Shown: positions 1 through 10,462, counted from the first letter of the stretch. The stretch: DNA of 64,000 nucleotides from a bacterium HR34 (GCA_002923395.1 BEIK01000001.1:21331-85330), one strand, 5' to 3'. Made by a program: numbers and translations. Notes: generated from the letters alone by a model not told the origin.

Positions 1-849
1 AAATTTATATCAGATTATTCTAATATAGTTGACCAGGCAAAGTTCGGCGTTTTTAGAATGGTTAAAGAGTTAAGAGAGGCAAAAACAGGAGAAGACGGTT
101 CTTATCCCTTGGTTTTTGCTGGCGATAAAGAAATAGTTTTTTTCGCAGATGTTGATAATGATGGAGTTGTTGAAAAAGTTAGATATTTTTTGGGAAGTGT
201 TCAATCAGCAGATTATACGCAAACTTGTTCTACCAATACAACAGGTGGTAGTTGTTCTGTAGTTTTTTCTAATTTTTTTAATGGGACACTTGTTTCAGCA
301 AGTGCTAAAGTTTCTGGAAGGGGTGATTTAAACCAAGGAAATGAATATTTTGATGTATTTGCAGACGGAGTGAAGTTAGGACAAGTATGTAAATCTGGGT
401 GTAGTCAATGTGGAAGTTCGTTCGAGGGAACACAAACATTCGATGTTTTATCCCAGGCGCGAGATAATAGTTTGGTTTTAACAGCCGATGCTACAAATGA
501 CGTGAATATATGTAACCCTAAAATGGAAGCAAAATTTGAGTTGTCTGTTAGTTGGAATGATACTTCAGGAGATAATATATTAAAAAAAGAAGTAACAGAG
601 CCAACAGGAGATCCGCCAGAATATTTACCAAATAACAGTACAACAACTGTAATTTCAAATTATGTGATAAACACGCCACCAATATTCCAATATTATGACA
701 AAGAGGGTAATATTATAAATGACACCCCAGCACGCTTAAAGGATACAAAGCTTATAAGAGTTTATTTAGTTATTGATAATGATATTAATAAATCTCCAAA
801 ACCTTTTGAGTTAGAAACATTCGTTAATATAAGAAACTTAAATGAATAA
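1..849 (+). CDS. Type IV minor pilin/pseudopilin-like protein (PilW-like), 5' truncated by window edge
   Basis: Frame is open from base 1 to the stop at 849. 'MVKELREA...FFADVDND...EKVRYFL' and C-terminal 'LETFVNIRNL' resemble CPR minor pilins; Cys-rich insert; lies upstream of the pilM cluster. Confidence 0.6.
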   Translation, partial: KFISDYSNIVDQAKFGVFRMVKELREAKTGEDGSYPLVFAGDKEIVFFADVDNDGVVEKVRYFLGSVQSADYTQTCSTNTTGGSCSVVFSNFFNGTLVSASAKVSGRGDLNQGNEYFDVFADGVKLGQVCKSGCSQCGSSFEGTQTFDVLSQARDNSLVLTADATNDVNICNPKMEAKFELSVSWNDTSGDNILKKEVTEPTGDPPEYLPNNSTTTVISNYVINTPPIFQYYDKEGNIINDTPARLKDTKLIRVYLVIDNDINKSPKPFELETFVNIRNLNE

Positions 850-2257
850 AATATTTCATAAAAACTTATCAGAAGGATCAATTACTTTATACGCAATGAT
901 AATGATGTCAGTATTTTTAATTATTTTCACTTCGTTGGTTGGAATGGTAATTTCAAGGTTAAAAGCAGCGGATCAATTAGCAAGCTATGAACAATCTCTT
1001 GCAATAGCAGAAGCAGGAATTAATTATTATAGGTGGTGTTTAAATCATAATGTTGAAGGCAATTGCCCGATTAATTTCACTTATGAAGATTCTCAGGGGG
1101 TTCAATTGGGGCGAATCGAAATTACAAATTTATCAAATCAGGCGTGCGGAGAAATAGTATCTTATGATGTTGTTTCTAAAGGTTACACATTAAAATACCC
1201 AACACTTGACAGATCAATCTCTATTCAATATGCAAGAGAATCTGTTGGCAAATATGTAACTTTGTTAAATGATAGTGTTTGGGCAGGAGCAGATATAGAA
1301 TTAAAAGGATTGTATCATTCAAATGGTGGTATAAGAATGGACGGAGAAAATCAATCTTTGGTTACAAGCACCCAAACAGAATGGGTTTGCACATTGTCTT
1401 TTGGTTGTAGTGTATGTCCTACGAGTGATGGTTGCCGCTTAGATGGTGGTAAATGTATGTGCCCTGGAGTATTTACAACAGCAAACGGTAACAAAGATTT
1501 ATTTTCTTTTCCTGTTCCTCCTTTTGATTTTAATTCAATTACAGTTGATATAGCAAATATAAAATCAATAGCACAAAGTTCAGGGATATACTTGCCCCCA
1601 TCTGTAAATTTAAATGCCAATGGTAAGGGATACCACGTTATACTTAGTAATAATTCAATTAAAGTGAATATAATAACTAAACTATCTCCTGTTTGGGCTT
1701 ATTCTCTAGAGGAAGGATGGCATTATGATTATTTTATAATATCAAGCGAGGTAAATTATGCTACTTACAACATACATCCATCTTGCGCAGTTGCTTTTTT
1801 TGAAGATGATGTTTGGGTTGAAGGAACATTACAGGGTAAATTAACTTTAGTTTCAGCGCAATTACCACCTTTATCTAAAAATACAAATGCCATTTTGCCA
1901 GGCAGTATATCTTATAATCTTAATAATCCAAAAGACGCCTTTACTCTAATAGCAGAAAATAATATTTTAATAGGTCCTCAATCGCCAAATGATATGGAGT
2001 TAAGGGGTATTTTTATAGCGCAAAATGGAAGATTTGGAAGGAATCTTTATTTGAATAATTACAGAAATAGTTTGGAGGTAAGAGGTTCTATTATTAGCAA
2101 TGGTAGAGTTGGAACTAAATGGATTTGTGGTGGGAGTTATTGTTCTGGTTATGCAAGAAGAGAAAACAGCATTGATACAGAATTGATATATAACCCTGCT
2201 CCTTTCACGCCATTTATTGAATCTAAATTCAAAATTATAAATTGGGAGGAACTTTAA
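842..2257 (+). CDS. PilX-like minor pilin / pilus assembly protein
   Basis: N-terminal G|SITLYAMIMM hydrophobic helix, 'SLAIAEAGINYY' PilX-type motif, C-terminal 'WEEL'; in the pil cluster. Confidence 0.7.
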   Translation: MNKIFHKNLSEGSITLYAMIMMSVFLIIFTSLVGMVISRLKAADQLASYEQSLAIAEAGINYYRWCLNHNVEGNCPINFTYEDSQGVQLGRIEITNLSNQACGEIVSYDVVSKGYTLKYPTLDRSISIQYARESVGKYVTLLNDSVWAGADIELKGLYHSNGGIRMDGENQSLVTSTQTEWVCTLSFGCSVCPTSDGCRLDGGKCMCPGVFTTANGNKDLFSFPVPPFDFNSITVDIANIKSIAQSSGIYLPPSVNLNANGKGYHVILSNNSIKVNIITKLSPVWAYSLEEGWHYDYFIISSEVNYATYNIHPSCAVAFFEDDVWVEGTLQGKLTLVSAQLPPLSKNTNAILPGSISYNLNNPKDAFTLIAENNILIGPQSPNDMELRGIFIAQNGRFGRNLYLNNYRNSLEVRGSIISNGRVGTKWICGGSYCSGYARRENSIDTELIYNPAPFTPFIESKFKIINWEEL

Positions 2258-2261
2258 TTTT

Positions 2262-2270
2262 TGATATAAT
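2262..2270 (+). promoter_or_regulatory. Extended -10 promoter (TGnTATAAT) upstream of pilM
   Basis: TGATATAAT 19 nt before the ATG at 2290. Confidence 0.5.
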
Positions 2271-2289
2271 TTTATATTTAACATAACTT

Positions 2290-3387
2290 ATGGAATTTTT
2301 ATCACTAAGAGAAAAATCTTTTGGCTTAGATCTTTCTGATTTATCTTTAAAATTTATAGAATTTAAAGAAAAAAATAACAACATTTTTATAAATTCTTTT
2401 GGCGAAAGAAATATACCTCAAGGAATTATTTCAGAAGGTAAAATTTTAGATGTTGAAAGGTTGGCTAATATTGTTAAAGATGCAATTTCTAATCCTTATT
2501 ACAATAAACTTTCAACAAAATATGTTGTTTGTTCTTTGCCAGAAGAAAAGGCATTTGTGCAAGTAATTTCAATACCAAAGGTTTCAGATGAAGATTTAGA
2601 AAAAGCAGTAACTTTAGATGTTGAAAATTATGTACCTCTGCCAATATCAGAGGTTTATTTTAATTATCAGAAAATAGATATATTAGGGAAGTCAAATCAT
2701 ATTGATATACTGCTATCAGCAGTTCCAAAAGATATAGTTGAGGTCTACGCTCAAACTATTAGTTTGGCAGGTTTAATTCCTTCCTCATTTGTTTTAGAAA
2801 CAGAAGCAATAGTAAAAGCAGTTATTGAAAATAATTTTTCTGAAAAACCTGTGGTAATTATAGACACTGGTGCTACAAGAACAAGCTTTATTATTTTTCA
2901 CAAAAACGCCATAAGGTTCTCTTCTTCTATAAGTATTTCAGCAAATGATTTTACGAAACAAATTGCAAGTTATTTTAAGATAAGTTTGCAAGAAGCAGAA
3001 AAAATAAAAATAGAAAAAGGTTTGGATAAAGAATATAAATCAGGCGCTTTAATTAAGTGTTGCTCTGATATTTTAGAAAAATTTTCTTATGAAACAATAA
3101 AATTAATTTCTTATTACACCTCTCATTCCAAAGATAAACATGAAGACGATATTCAGGAAAGAGTTGATAAAATAATAATATGCGGTGGAGGAGCCTTACT
3201 TAAAGGCTTTCCAGAGTATTTATATTATAAAACAGGCATAAAAACAGAAGTTGCAAACCCATGGATTAATATTATGAAAGACGATAATTATATTCCTCCG
3301 ATACCATTTGAAAAGTCATTATCTTTTACAACTGCCATAGGTCTTGGTTTAATTGGTATAAAAAACCCTGTTTTTTATAATATATAA
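2290..3387 (+). CDS. pilM: Type IV pilus assembly protein PilM
   Basis: Actin-like motifs 'FGLDLSDLSLK', 'IIDTGATRT', 'IIICGGGA', 'TAIGLGL'. Confidence 0.92.
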   Translation: MEFLSLREKSFGLDLSDLSLKFIEFKEKNNNIFINSFGERNIPQGIISEGKILDVERLANIVKDAISNPYYNKLSTKYVVCSLPEEKAFVQVISIPKVSDEDLEKAVTLDVENYVPLPISEVYFNYQKIDILGKSNHIDILLSAVPKDIVEVYAQTISLAGLIPSSFVLETEAIVKAVIENNFSEKPVVIIDTGATRTSFIIFHKNAIRFSSSISISANDFTKQIASYFKISLQEAEKIKIEKGLDKEYKSGALIKCCSDILEKFSYETIKLISYYTSHSKDKHEDDIQERVDKIIICGGGALLKGFPEYLYYKTGIKTEVANPWINIMKDDNYIPPIPFEKSLSFTTAIGLGLIGIKNPVFYNI

Positions 3388-3392
3388 AATAT

Positions 3393-3968
3393 ATGTATTT
3401 TTTACCTCCTCAATACAAAAATGATCTTAAAGCAATAAAAAAAAGCAAAATCGCTTTATCTATTTCTTTGTCTTTTGGAATATCTTTATTGTTTAGTTTG
3501 CTTTCTTTGTTTATAGCAGTAAATTATTTTAATCAAGAACTTTCATCAATTAAGTTATCTAACTCAAGAGAGCAACTTCTTATAGAAAAATATAAAAAAG
3601 AAGGGTTAGATAAAGAAATTATTAATTTTGATAAAAAACTCAGGTCAATTAAAGATTTTTATGACAGCCAAGTTTATATTTTGGATATTTATAACATAAT
3701 TGCTAAAGAACTAAAAGATAGGGGAAGGGTTTCATCTTTAACTATATCAAGAATTAAAAATCCAGAAGGTAAAATAGTTTATCAAGTATCTTTATCAGGC
3801 AGCATACCAACAAGAGAATTATTAGGTCAGGTTAGGAATGGCCTTGCATCTTATGAGCAAATACCAGAAGAAAGCATTATAGCTCAACTTGCCACATGGA
3901 TATCGCCAGATAGTTTTAATATAAGTTTTCAATATATAGGAAACAATGATAACCAAAAAGGAAAATAA
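3393..3968 (+). CDS. PilN-like membrane protein
   Basis: N-terminal 'FLPP' (NLLP-like), single TM helix, coiled coil; directly after pilM. Confidence 0.65.
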   Translation: MYFLPPQYKNDLKAIKKSKIALSISLSFGISLLFSLLSLFIAVNYFNQELSSIKLSNSREQLLIEKYKKEGLDKEIINFDKKLRSIKDFYDSQVYILDIYNIIAKELKDRGRVSSLTISRIKNPEGKIVYQVSLSGSIPTRELLGQVRNGLASYEQIPEESIIAQLATWISPDSFNISFQYIGNNDNQKGK

Positions 3969-4464
3969 ATTTTTAATAATTTTTGTTATGTCAATTTTAT
4001 TGCAGATAGTTTTTATATATTTTTTGTTGTTGCCAACTTATTGGACATTAAAAGATGCAGTACTCAATATTGTTGAAGAGCAGAGAAAATCACTAGAATT
4101 AAAGTTAGATTTATCAAACATAAATAAATTTTTGCAAGTTAAAGAAAAAGAAAAAGAATTTTTCCAAAGATTAAATGATTCTTTTGTTTCAATAAAAGAG
4201 CCAATTGAATTTTTAGATTTTGTTGAATCAGTAGTAAGCCAGCATTCTTCTGATTATGAGATTTCAGATGGAGGAAGATTAGAGGATGACTTAGGAGAAT
4301 ATATTATTTTAAATGTATCTTTTAAGGCAAGCGTGCCAGATTCTCTTAAAATTATTCATAAATTTCAAAATTCTAAATATTTAATGTCTGTTGAATCAGT
4401 GAGTATGAACTATGAAAATCAAGATGGTTCCGTTGATTTAAGGTTAAAAGCTTATATAAAATAA
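3946..4464 (+). CDS. PilO-like membrane protein
   Basis: Single N-terminal TM helix, coiled coil and a C-terminal alpha/beta domain; third gene of a pilM-N-O order. Confidence 0.6.
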   Translation: MITKKENKFLIIFVMSILLQIVFIYFLLLPTYWTLKDAVLNIVEEQRKSLELKLDLSNINKFLQVKEKEKEFFQRLNDSFVSIKEPIEFLDFVESVVSQHSSDYEISDGGRLEDDLGEYIILNVSFKASVPDSLKIIHKFQNSKYLMSVESVSMNYENQDGSVDLRLKAYIK

Positions 4465-4467
4465 ACT

Positions 4468-4773
4468 ATGAAAAAAAACATAAAAATAAATATCGGCGGA
4501 TTAAAAAGAAAATTGAATAAGGTTTCGGTTTTTATAATCTCAAAAAATCTTGTTTTTATTATTTTTAGTTGGTTTATTATTTTGGCTATATTTGGAATTT
4601 TGATTTATCTTGGCTATACAAGTAAATTGAAAGAAGGAGAAAGTAGAGCGTATATTAGCAAGTTTCTTTTTAGAGGTGGTGGAAACATAGATTATATAAA
4701 AGAAAAATGGATGAAAATGAAAGAAGAATTCGAGAAATCAGATTCATTAGAATATAAAAATATTTTTAAATAA
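4468..4773 (+). CDS. Hypothetical single-TM protein, last gene of the pil cluster
   Basis: Tightly packed ORF with one hydrophobic helix. Confidence 0.55.
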   Translation: MKKNIKINIGGLKRKLNKVSVFIISKNLVFIIFSWFIILAIFGILIYLGYTSKLKEGESRAYISKFLFRGGGNIDYIKEKWMKMKEEFEKSDSLEYKNIFK

Positions 4774-4777
4774 AGTT

Positions 4778-5194
4778 ATGCTTTTTAAAGCTTACATAGA
4801 AACAAAAGGATTTTCAGATATTATAGATATAACAGATTACGCGCAAAATTTTTTAAAAGAAACAAATTTTAGTGGTGGTTTGTGCAATATTTTTTGCCCT
4901 GGCTCCACCTGCGCTATTACTTTAATGGAATATGAAGACGGCTTAATAAAAGACGCAAAGAATTTTTTTGATAAAATTATACCTCAATCAAAAGATTATG
5001 AGCATTGCAAAAAATGGGGAGATTGCAATGGTTTTTCTCATTTAAGGTCGTTGCTGTTAAAACCATCTTTAACTGTGCCATTTGAAAATAAAAAGCTTTT
5101 ACTTGGCACTTGGCAACAAATAGTTTTAATAGACTTCGATAACAGGGAAAGGAAAAGGGAAGTATATTTTAAGTTTATAAAAGATTATGATTAA
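4778..5194 (+). CDS. yjbQ: YjbQ/UPF0047 family (secondary thiamine-phosphate synthase-like)
   Basis: 'NGFSHLRS', 'LLLGTWQQIVLIDFD'. Confidence 0.92.
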   Translation: MLFKAYIETKGFSDIIDITDYAQNFLKETNFSGGLCNIFCPGSTCAITLMEYEDGLIKDAKNFFDKIIPQSKDYEHCKKWGDCNGFSHLRSLLLKPSLTVPFENKKLLLGTWQQIVLIDFDNRERKREVYFKFIKDYD

Positions 5195-6938
5195 TGATGA
5201 AATAGCAAAAATATTTTTTGATATAGCAAACTACTTAAAAGCCCAAGACATCCCTTTTAAACCACAAGCGTATGAGAAAGCAGCTTTGATTTTGCAAAAT
5301 ATGGAGCAGGATATTAAAGAAGTTTATGAAAAAGGTGGCATAAAAGCATTAAAAGCTCTTCCCGGAATAGGTGAGAGCATGGCTCAAAAAATTCAAGAAT
5401 ACATAGAAACAGGTAAGATACAATACTACGAAGAACTAAAAAAACAACTTCCTGTTAACTTAACTGAAATTTCTGCAATTGAAGGAGTAGGGCCAAAAAG
5501 GGCAAAGGTTTTATACGAAAGATTAGGAATAAAAACATTAGATGATTTAGAAAAAGCAGCTAAAGAACACAAGATATGCAAATTATTTGGTTTTGGCGAA
5601 AAGACAGAAAAAAATATATTGGAGGGTATAGAGTTTGTTAAAAAAAGTAAAGGTAGGTTTTTGCTTAGTTTTATGTTGCCAAAGGCTTTTGAAATAAAAA
5701 ATTATTTAAGCAAGATTAAAGGAGTTTCAAGAGTTGATTTCGCCGGATCTTTAAGGAGGAGAAAAGAGACAATAGGTGATATGGATTTTTTGGTTGTTTG
5801 CACTAACCCAAAAGAAGTTATTGATTATTTTGTTAGTATGCCAGGAGTAATAAAAGTATGGGGTAAAGGTGAGGCAAAATCATCTGTAAGAATGAAAGAA
5901 GGTTATGATATTGATTTGAGAGTAGTAAGTGAAGATTCTTATGGCTCTATGATGCAATATTTCACGGGTTCTAAAGACCATAATATAGTTCTAAGAAAGA
6001 TAGCAATTGAAAAGGGAATGAAATTAAATGAGTATGGGCTTTTTAAGGGTAATAAAAAACTAGCAGGAAAAGATGAGAGAGAAATATATAATGTTTTAGG
6101 TCTTGATTATATAGAGCCAGAATTAAGAGAAAACAGGGGAGAGATAGAATGCGCTTTAAAAGGATGTTTGCCAAAAATAATAGGGTATCATGATATAAAA
6201 GGTGATTTACATACGCAAACTGAGTGGAATGGTGGCGAGAATTCAGTAGAAGAGATGGCGCTTGCTGCTTTTTCTTTGGGTTATGAATATATAGGTATTT
6301 CTGATCACACTCAATTTTTAAAAATTGAGCACGGTCTTTCAGAAAAAGATCTTTTATTGCAAAGAAGAGAAATAGATAAAATAAACAATAAATTTAAAGA
6401 TAAAGGCATAAAAATTAAAATATTACAGGGGGCAGAAACCAACATTATGCCAGACGGTTCATTAGATATTTCTAACGATGTCTTATCTAAATTAGACTAT
6501 GCTATTGGAGGAGTACATTCTTCAATGAAGATGTCAAAACAAGATATGACAAAAAGAATAATAAAGGCGATGGAAAACCCATACATTAATATAATTGCCC
6601 ATCCAACTGGCAGGATTTTACAAAGAAGAGACGAATATGAGGTTGATATTGATTTAATACTAAAAAAAGCAAAAGAGACAAACACAATTCTTGAAATTAA
6701 TGCTTATCCAGAAAGATTAGATTTAAACGATATCAATATCAAAAAAGCAAAAGAAATGGGTGTTAAAATGATAATTAACACCGACGCTCACCATATAGAT
6801 CACTTGCGTTATATGGAATATGGTATAGCACAGGCAAGAAGAGGCTGGGCAGAGAAAAAAGACATTGTAAACACTTGGAAACTAGAAGATCTTTTAAAAG
6901 AGTTTCAAAAGAAAAGAAAACTCTTCGGCGTGAAGTAG
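5187..6938 (+). CDS. polX: DNA polymerase X / PHP domain protein
   Basis: HhH 'LPGIG', 'AGSLRR..ETIGDMD', 'YFTGSKDHN', PHP motifs 'HPTGR', 'NTDAH'. Confidence 0.96.
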   Translation: MINDEIAKIFFDIANYLKAQDIPFKPQAYEKAALILQNMEQDIKEVYEKGGIKALKALPGIGESMAQKIQEYIETGKIQYYEELKKQLPVNLTEISAIEGVGPKRAKVLYERLGIKTLDDLEKAAKEHKICKLFGFGEKTEKNILEGIEFVKKSKGRFLLSFMLPKAFEIKNYLSKIKGVSRVDFAGSLRRRKETIGDMDFLVVCTNPKEVIDYFVSMPGVIKVWGKGEAKSSVRMKEGYDIDLRVVSEDSYGSMMQYFTGSKDHNIVLRKIAIEKGMKLNEYGLFKGNKKLAGKDEREIYNVLGLDYIEPELRENRGEIECALKGCLPKIIGYHDIKGDLHTQTEWNGGENSVEEMALAAFSLGYEYIGISDHTQFLKIEHGLSEKDLLLQRREIDKINNKFKDKGIKIKILQGAETNIMPDGSLDISNDVLSKLDYAIGGVHSSMKMSKQDMTKRIIKAMENPYINIIAHPTGRILQRRDEYEVDIDLILKKAKETNTILEINAYPERLDLNDINIKKAKEMGVKMIINTDAHHIDHLRYMEYGIAQARRGWAEKKDIVNTWKLEDLLKEFQKKRKLFGVK

Positions 6939-6948
6939 TTTTATCCTT

Positions 6949-8022
6949 TTATCCTTTTATCCATTCTTCAAGAAGTTGACGAGCCTCAAAATCTTTAATT
7001 TGTTTTGGTGGAGTTTTCATAAAGTAAGCAGATGCCTCTATCACAGGGCCTGCTAATTTTCTATCTAAGGCTATTTTAGCGCATCTTATTGCATCTATCA
7101 TAACGCCGGCTGAATTTGGGCTGTCCCACACTTCAAGTTTTGCCTCTATATTTAAAGGAACCTCTCCGAAAGTTTTACCTTCTATTCTTATATAGCACCA
7201 TTTTCTGTCTTTGAGCCATGGAATATAATCAGATGGTCCTATGTGGATGTTTTCATCATCAATTCTATAAGGGATTAAAGATCTTACAGCGTTTGTTTTT
7301 GATATCTTTTTTGAATGCAATCTTTCTCTTTCTAACATATTAAGAAAATCTGTGTTTCCGCCAAAATTTATTTGGTAAGTTCTTTCTATTTTAACGCCTC
7401 TGTCTATGAAAAGTTGGGTTAAAAATCTGTGCAAAATTGTTGCTCCAACTTGAGATTTAATATCATCTCCTATGACAGGCAAACCTGCTCTTTCAAATTC
7501 TTTTTGCCATTTTTTGTTGGATGCTATAAACACAGGTATCCCATTAACAAAAGCGCAGCCTGCTTTTATTGCTTCTCTTGCGTAAAATTGTGTTGCTTTT
7601 TCGCTGCCAACAGGTAAGAAATTCACAACAACATCAACCTCAAACTTTTTAAACAATTGCGCAACATTTACTCCTTTCTCTTTTGATTCTAAAACAACTC
7701 CTTTTAAGTATTTTCCAATACCATCCATGGTATGGCCTTTGTAGACTTTGGCATTAAGTTCCGGAACATTAGTAAATTTATAAGTATTATTTGGAGGTGC
7801 AAAAATCGCTTCGCTTATATCCTTGCCAACCTTTCTCTTATCTACATCTATGGCGCACACAAACTTTATATCTTTTATATGATAATCTCCCAAAACAGGG
7901 TGCATTATACCAGGAACTTCTTCTTTAGGTTTTACATTTCTATAATAATAAACTCCCTGCACCAAACTTGAAGCGCAGTTGCCAACACCTATAATGGCAA
8001 CCCTTATTTCCTTTTTTGACAT
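6949..8022 (-). CDS. ino1: Myo-inositol-1-phosphate synthase
   Basis: '[12 protein letters not shown]', '[11 protein letters not shown]', 'GGNTDFLN', 'DSPNSAG'. Confidence 0.96.
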   Translation of the reverse strand: MSKKEIRVAIIGVGNCASSLVQGVYYYRNVKPKEEVPGIMHPVLGDYHIKDIKFVCAIDVDKRKVGKDISEAIFAPPNNTYKFTNVPELNAKVYKGHTMDGIGKYLKGVVLESKEKGVNVAQLFKKFEVDVVVNFLPVGSEKATQFYAREAIKAGCAFVNGIPVFIASNKKWQKEFERAGLPVIGDDIKSQVGATILHRFLTQLFIDRGVKIERTYQINFGGNTDFLNMLERERLHSKKISKTNAVRSLIPYRIDDENIHIGPSDYIPWLKDRKWCYIRIEGKTFGEVPLNIEAKLEVWDSPNSAGVMIDAIRCAKIALDRKLAGPVIEASAYFMKTPPKQIKDFEARQLLEEWIKG

Positions 8023-8080
8023 ATTTTTTGGAAAAATTAAAATAATACTTAATTATAATAAAAACTAAAAATACAATCCA

Positions 8081-8506
8081 ATGTTAAGAGAAAAATCAGC
8101 AGGCGCTATAGTTTTTTATATCGAAAATAAGAAACCTGTTTACCTTTTTTTAAAACATAGATCAGGCCATTTAGATATTCCAAAGGGGAATATAGAAAAA
8201 GGAGAAACGCCTTTGCATGCTGCCAAAAGGGAAATTTTTGAAGAAACTGGTTTGAGTGATATTAATTTTATTGAAGGATTTGAAGAAAAAATAAATTATT
8301 ATTATAAAAGCGAAGGAGAGTTAATTTATAAAGAGGTTGTAATTTTTCTAGCGCAAACAAGAATAAAAGAGGTTAAAATTTCTCCAGAGCATTTAGGATT
8401 CGAGTGGTTAGATTATGAAACAGCCTATAATAATATAAAGTTTGAAAACTCTAAAAAAGTTTTTTTAAGGGCGCATCAGTTTATAGTAGAGAAGTTTGTA
8501 ATATAA
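8081..8506 (+). CDS. NUDIX hydrolase (Ap4A hydrolase-like)
   Basis: Nudix box 'GNIEKGETPLHAAKREIFEETG'; 'SAGAIVF', 'SPEH'. Confidence 0.9.
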   Translation: MLREKSAGAIVFYIENKKPVYLFLKHRSGHLDIPKGNIEKGETPLHAAKREIFEETGLSDINFIEGFEEKINYYYKSEGELIYKEVVIFLAQTRIKEVKISPEHLGFEWLDYETAYNNIKFENSKKVFLRAHQFIVEKFVI

Positions 8507-8513
8507 AGGGTAG

Positions 8514-8873
8514 CTAAGAAGATACTTTTTCTTTTGATATTTCTATAAGTTTTTCAAACACTTTTGGATGTTCTTGGGCTAATTGAGCGAGAATTTTCCT
8601 GTCTATATCAATATTTGCTTTTTTGAGTCCGTATATAAACTTACTGTAACTTATGTTATTTAACCTACAGGCAGAGTTAATTATAATTTGCCACTCCCTT
8701 CTTTTTACTCTTTTTCTTGTTTTTCTATCCCTATAAGAATAACTTAGAGCTTTCATTAAAGCTTGTTTTGCTAGCGTGTATCTTGATTTCCTTCCCCATT
8801 TGTATCCTTTTGTTTGTTCAATTATTTTTTTTCTTCTTTTATGCGCTCTTTTACCTCTTTTTACACGTACCAT
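8514..8873 (-). CDS. rplT: 50S ribosomal protein L20
   Basis: 'MVRVKRG', 'YSYRDRK', 'IDRKILAQLA'. Confidence 0.98.
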   Translation of the reverse strand: MVRVKRGKRAHKRRKKIIEQTKGYKWGRKSRYTLAKQALMKALSYSYRDRKTRKRVKRREWQIIINSACRLNNISYSKFIYGLKKANIDIDRKILAQLAQEHPKVFEKLIEISKEKVSS

Positions 8874-8892
8874 ATCTTTATTTTATAAATTT

Positions 8893-9084
8893 TTAAGGTC
8901 TATTTTGTAATAGTTTTTTTACTAACTTTGCTTCTGGTTTCGAAAGCGGAACTAATTTCTTTTTCTGTCTTAAAACCTTTCTTGATTTTTTGGCTCTAAA
9001 GTGGTTTTGACCACCAGCAACTCTTAACACTTTTCCTGTTTTTGTTATTTTAAATCTTTTTAACAATGTTTCTCTTACAGACAT
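8893..9084 (-). CDS. rpmI: 50S ribosomal protein L35
   Basis: 'KRFKITKTGKV'; lies between infC and rplT. Confidence 0.93.
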   Translation of the reverse strand: MSVRETLLKRFKITKTGKVLRVAGGQNHFRAKKSRKVLRQKKKLVPLSKPEAKLVKKLLQNRP

Positions 9085-9099
9085 ATTTTTACTTTAATT

Positions 9100-9606
9100 T
9101 TATTTTTTTGAAATTATAACCGTAAAACCTCTTGGTTCTAACTTAATATCTCTTTCCACTTTATATTCCACCTTTTCCTCCAAGAGTGATAGTATTTTTT
9201 TTATTTTTTCAATTGCTTCATTTTTTAATGTCATCTCCCTTCCTTTCAATATCATTTCAATTTTCACCTTATGATTTTTTTCAAAAAACTTTTTTATTTG
9301 ATTTACTTTTATTTCTATATCGTGTTGACTTGTGTTAAAACCCACTCTTACATTTTTTAACTCCCCACCAGATTTTTTAGATGCTTTCTTTTTCTTTTTC
9401 TGAATATATAAATATTTTCCATAATCAGTTATTTTACAAACAGGCGGATTAACTTTATCAGTAACCTGAACCAAATCCAATCCTTTTTCTTTTGCTATGT
9501 TTATTGCCTCTTGTAAACTAAAAATGCCAAGTTGTTGGCCGTTCTCGTCAATTACTATTACATTTTTTGCTTTAATCTGATTATTATACAAAATTTTATC
9601 TTTCAT
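9100..9606 (-). CDS. infC: Translation initiation factor IF-3
   Basis: 'GLDLVQV...PPVCKITDYGKY', 'HDIEIK', 'KGRE'. Confidence 0.97.
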   Translation of the reverse strand: MKDKILYNNQIKAKNVIVIDENGQQLGIFSLQEAINIAKEKGLDLVQVTDKVNPPVCKITDYGKYLYIQKKKKKASKKSGGELKNVRVGFNTSQHDIEIKVNQIKKFFEKNHKVKIEMILKGREMTLKNEAIEKIKKILSLLEEKVEYKVERDIKLEPRGFTVIISKK

Positions 9607-9654
9607 GCAAGTTTTTGTCTATTTTTGCTGTTTTTGTTTATTTTAATTAATTTG

Positions 9655-10005
9655 TGGAGATGGAGGGATTCGCACCCTCGTCCAGAATAGCCACCCAAAA
9701 CATTCTACATGCTTAGCCAGATTTATATTTCTGCTTGCAGTAAAAATCTGGCAAAATTCTGCAAGCATACCCATATTTTTATGAAACGTAAACTCCCTAT
9801 GGGAAAGAGTTTACGTTTTCCTGATGGGTTGACACCCCCATATTCCTATCAGGAGTCAGAATAGGGGATGTGAGTTAGGCGTATGCTAACTCAGGTTGTT
9901 TTTGTATATTGGCATTTGTATTGCCTTCCTTGTTTTTTGCGGAAACAAGGAAAACCGGCGTGCATGTTTTGGGCAAACTATTCTGTCGAATCTTTTTTCA
10001 TCCCC
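9655..10005 (-). ncRNA. ssrA: tmRNA (SsrA); tag peptide (A)ANIQKQPELAYA* encoded at 9913-9875
   Basis: 5' GGGGATG pairs with 3' CATCTCC-A (G3-U alanine identity); 5' 'GATTCGAC'; 3' T-arm GAGGG-TGCGAAT-CCCTC; internal tag ORF ending in LAYA-stop; adjacent to smpB. Confidence 0.95.
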
Positions 10006-10462
10006 AAATACTACTGCTTTTTAATTTTCTTTCAATTTCCTTTTTTATTGATCTTTCTTTTAATTTTTCTTTTTTGCTATATTTTTTCTTGTACTTGGCT
10101 ATTGCAAACTCTAATTTTATTAATCCATTTTTAGAGTATACTTTAAGTGGTATAAAAGTCAACCCTTTTTCTCTAAATTTTCCTATTAAATATTTTATTT
10201 CGTTTTTTTTAAGTAACAATTTTCTATCTCTTTCCGGATTATACTCTCCTGTTATATTTTTAGGCTGCCATGGTGGTATGTTTGCTCCAACAAGGTAAAA
10301 TTCATTATTTTTTAAAATAACAAAAGATCCTTTTATACTCATTCTGCCTGCTTTTACTGATTTTACTTCTTGTCCGTTCAAGATAATGCCTGCTTCAACC
10401 TTTTCAAGGATATCATAATCATGGTAAGCTCTTTTATTTTCTTGAATAACTCTAATGCCCAT
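9998..10462 (-). CDS. smpB: SsrA-binding protein SmpB
   Basis: 'NKRAYHDY', 'EAGIILNGQEVKS', 'RDRKLLLKK'. Confidence 0.98.
   Translation of the reverse strand: MGIRVIQENKRAYHDYDILEKVEAGIILNGQEVKSVKAGRMSIKGSFVILKNNEFYLVGANIPPWQPKNITGEYNPERDRKLLLKKNEIKYLIGKFREKGLTFIPLKVYSKNGLIKLEFAIAKYKKKYSKKEKLKERSIKKEIERKLKSSSIWG

Noticed and set aside
9604-9620. Non-canonical AUU start for infC
   Set aside because: An in-frame TAG lies five codons upstream of the ATG at 9606 with no ATT in between, so the start is a normal ATG.
9883-10298. + strand ORFs of 83 and 129 aa
   Set aside because: Antisense to tmRNA and smpB; the Phe/Leu-rich translation is the mirror of A-rich sense sequence.
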